Assembly (NCBI GenBank): GCA_950072105.1
Contig: CATMOE010000001.1
Coordinates: forward strand, 1 to 64,000
From: an uncultured Dehalococcoidia bacterium
GTDB taxonomy: Bacteria > Chloroflexota > Dehalococcoidia > Lucifugimonadales > UBA3495
DNA: 64,000 bases
Direction of reading: 5' to 3'
The notes under the pieces are model-generated. The model was not told the DNA's origin and did not search any database. It saw nothing but the letters and a program-made list of their open reading frames with translations. Below are positions 62,701 to 64,000 of this stretch, in pieces. Position 1 is the first letter of the stretch; each line of letters starts with the position of its first letter. Position numbers and translations under genes: made by a program.

Positions 62701-63991
62701 CCTGGGAATCGGTCCGAGCGGATGCCACGGGAAGCAAAGGCGGCGTTTTGTCGAAGCCACTGTCGAATCCCGTATCTTCCACTCCCGGCTGCCTGCGCCA
62801 GCGGATAGCTCCGCCATGGACGTGATGCACGTGGAAAACCTCGGAGCCCCCGTGGATCACTCGCTGCTTCACCGGATCGCCCAAGTATGCCCTGGCGATG
62901 GGCGTGGCCGGGTCACCAAAGGTGTAGGAACTGTAGGCCAATGACGGGTCTGGCGGCTGGCCGATGTTGGTGTCGGCCGCTATTCTCAGCCGGTTCATGA
63001 AAGGCTCGCTGCGGTAGTTCATCGCCCGGCCACCAGGTTTATACGCCCTGGTGAACGGATCCACGAAGGGGACTTGGCGGCCCAACTTATCCAGATTCCG
63101 GAACCGTTCGTTGCCGATCTCGTGGTAGTAAATCGCGAATTCCCGGAAGTCGCTGCCATTGGGGTCCTGGATGATAGCGTCCCAGCCGCTGGACAGATTC
63201 TGGCCGGACCGGGGATCCAGGTATACCGATCCTTCAGGTTCGACGATGACGGCGCCGAAGAGGCCATGGGCGGTCTGTTCCCGGTCGTCACCGTGGCTGT
63301 GGAAGTAGTGGGTTCCTTCCGGCTCGTCTTGCTCCACCATCCACCGGTAGGTCACGGTTGCGCCGGTTTGAGCTATGGCATCATGATTGGTGGCTATCGC
63401 CGGGGCCCCGGTGTCTTCCATATAGAGGCTGGAGCCATGGAGGTGCAGGCTGGCCGGTTCACCGTTATCCATGCCGTTGCGCAGCGTCAACCGCAGACAT
63501 TCGCCCTGATTAACCCGCAACGTCAGGGGCTGGATAGCGTCGCCTTGTAGACCGATGGAAACCGCCGGTTCGGCCTGGTCCAAACGGGCGGCCCGGTTTT
63601 GCGCTTCCTCCTCTCGAACCTGCTCCAAGCGGTCTTCAAGGACGTACATCCGGCCCATGTGGTCGTAGTCGAGATAGCGGTTCAGGGAGATCTCGACGTT
63701 GATAGCGACCACGGAGTAGTCCTGCACCGGTGCGTTTGGGCCGCAAAGCGCCCCGGTATACACGGTTTCCCTATCGGAGTCCGGACCCAACACCAACCCC
63801 TCGGACCCTTCATGGCCCGAAGGGGTCGCGCTTCGGGAAGTTGAGTCGACGCCGATGGTGGGAGCCGCTAGATCGGTGGGTGTCTCGGTAGCGCGTTCAC
63901 CGCAGGCAATCATTAGTACAAGCGCAGCCAGTACGCCTAAAATACCGAAAATTTGACGCAACATCTTACTAGGGTGACTGCGCTTGGTCAT
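59723..63991 (-). CDS. Large six-domain multicopper oxidase lipoprotein, MnxG-like
   Basis: LMIA-C lipobox; HLHG, FHSH, HVHHVHG, HCHVAHHYLAGMW, IHVHFVQFD, YFHDH; three-fold internal repeat, each unit ending GDYL...G.W. Confidence 0.88.
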   Translation of the reverse strand: MTKRSHPSKMLRQIFGILGVLAALVLMIACGERATETPTDLAAPTIGVDSTSRSATPSGHEGSEGLVLGPDSDRETVYTGALCGPNAPVQDYSVVAINVEISLNRYLDYDHMGRMYVLEDRLEQVREEEAQNRAARLDQAEPAVSIGLQGDAIQPLTLRVNQGECLRLTLRNGMDNGEPASLHLHGSSLYMEDTGAPAIATNHDAIAQTGATVTYRWMVEQDEPEGTHYFHSHGDDREQTAHGLFGAVIVEPEGSVYLDPRSGQNLSSGWDAIIQDPNGSDFREFAIYYHEIGNERFRNLDKLGRQVPFVDPFTRAYKPGGRAMNYRSEPFMNRLRIAADTNIGQPPDPSLAYSSYTFGDPATPIARAYLGDPVKQRVIHGGSEVFHVHHVHGGAIRWRRQPGVEDTGFDSGFDKTPPLLPVASARTDSQAVGPAEGYDLENECGSGGCQHSVGDYLIHCHVAHHYLAGMWMVWRVYNTLQEDGAAQDSLPPLWEVPDKLGGVVPAVTSEKLVGTTADWKGQAMPIGEENLADWVERQLPPQGIPKGYDASVLNWSREGNLYLNEPDSEKDWPGFSSASPGVRPPIYFDPLTGKLAYPFLRPHLAKRPPFAPNHGPAPFLDPIRHGTDPPKPGENGPWSLCPDGTQTQEFVIHSINLPITLSRSSNIVDPVGQLYVLKEEEDAVRADNGLRSPLAIRANAGEDCVDIVFKSELEDSGENDFFSKANIHVHFVQFDVQGSDGVITGFNYETSVRPFTKEGEKIRGTAQAGESRLQLVSADRFQPGALVGVGMDQTESFEVRRIREIDGSTLVFDEPLRFGHGRGEIVSIEFVRYRWYPDVQFGTAYFHDHVSALTSWKHGLVGAIVSEPSGSTYHDPSTGGEVRSGPIVDVHNDGLVSADVTGSFRELLLFIQDDNTLTKEGRSSGSAINLRVAPLKAREGDPSLLFSSEAHGDPETPLLEAYLGDPIVIRGLVSAMNDVHTLHVDGHWFRLEPYSLTSSPINTVHIGISERYALVLPKAGGPQGMAGDYLYYNGRSFKFREGSWGIIRVLDDDAGASLQKLPGHQEIPAPAATVCPVEAPVKEYWVAAIDVPLPMLGETKGKMYVLKADKAEVLSGSQSPEPLVLHVNVGDCVNLMLSNETASGPVSIHADMLAYNPAKSMGIAAGGNPPQTVEPGSTRTYTFYAHPDVGETMALLRDWGNVLENPGLGLYGAIVVGEEGSSYTHPVTGEDMTLKSGWRVDVHPPARDSYRDFALFIQDQDEVIGTHIMPYSQEVEGVVGLNYNFEPLGARLARNEDTSRVFSSTVHGDPATPLLEAVSGDPVKIHVLVPFSEQAHVFTLEGHPWPVEPGREGSDMLSAVQIGALEAITIQPEGGAGGRTGLPGDYLYGDHREPYRQAGLWGIFRVLPAQETEGWLRPLPGR

Positions 63992-64000
63992 ACTTCAGCG

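Overview
Roughly 57% GC (visual estimate) bacterial chromosome segment. Gene content points to Chloroflexota, Dehalococcoidia/SAR202-like (inference from three luciferase-like monooxygenases, VOC/aldolase/TPP/Mo-enzyme paralogues, many MFS transporters and a large Alu-type SRP RNA). Housekeeping genes: folC, two fabF, lgt, ispE, rsmA, ffs, galU, lepA, gyrA, tRNA-Leu(TAG), tRNA-Lys(CTT). Elements absent from the ORF track: an IS3-family left end plus orfA at 1-330; a second, solitary 52-bp copy of that IS end inside a chimeric DUF4255(Pvc16)-TPR ORF; a decayed tRNA-Lys 3' duplicate bounding a 1.5-kb relict island; and a family of nested palindromic repeats. Best candidates for new biology: (i) a B12-binding radical SAM enzyme with four 29-aa amphipathic, apolipoprotein-like repeats, directly upstream of fabF (possible lipid-modifying system); (ii) a 1422-aa, six-cupredoxin-domain, MnxG-like multicopper oxidase lipoprotein with extra His motifs and an inserted domain. 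No CRISPR array or rRNA was seen. All family calls come from motif recognition, not database searches.
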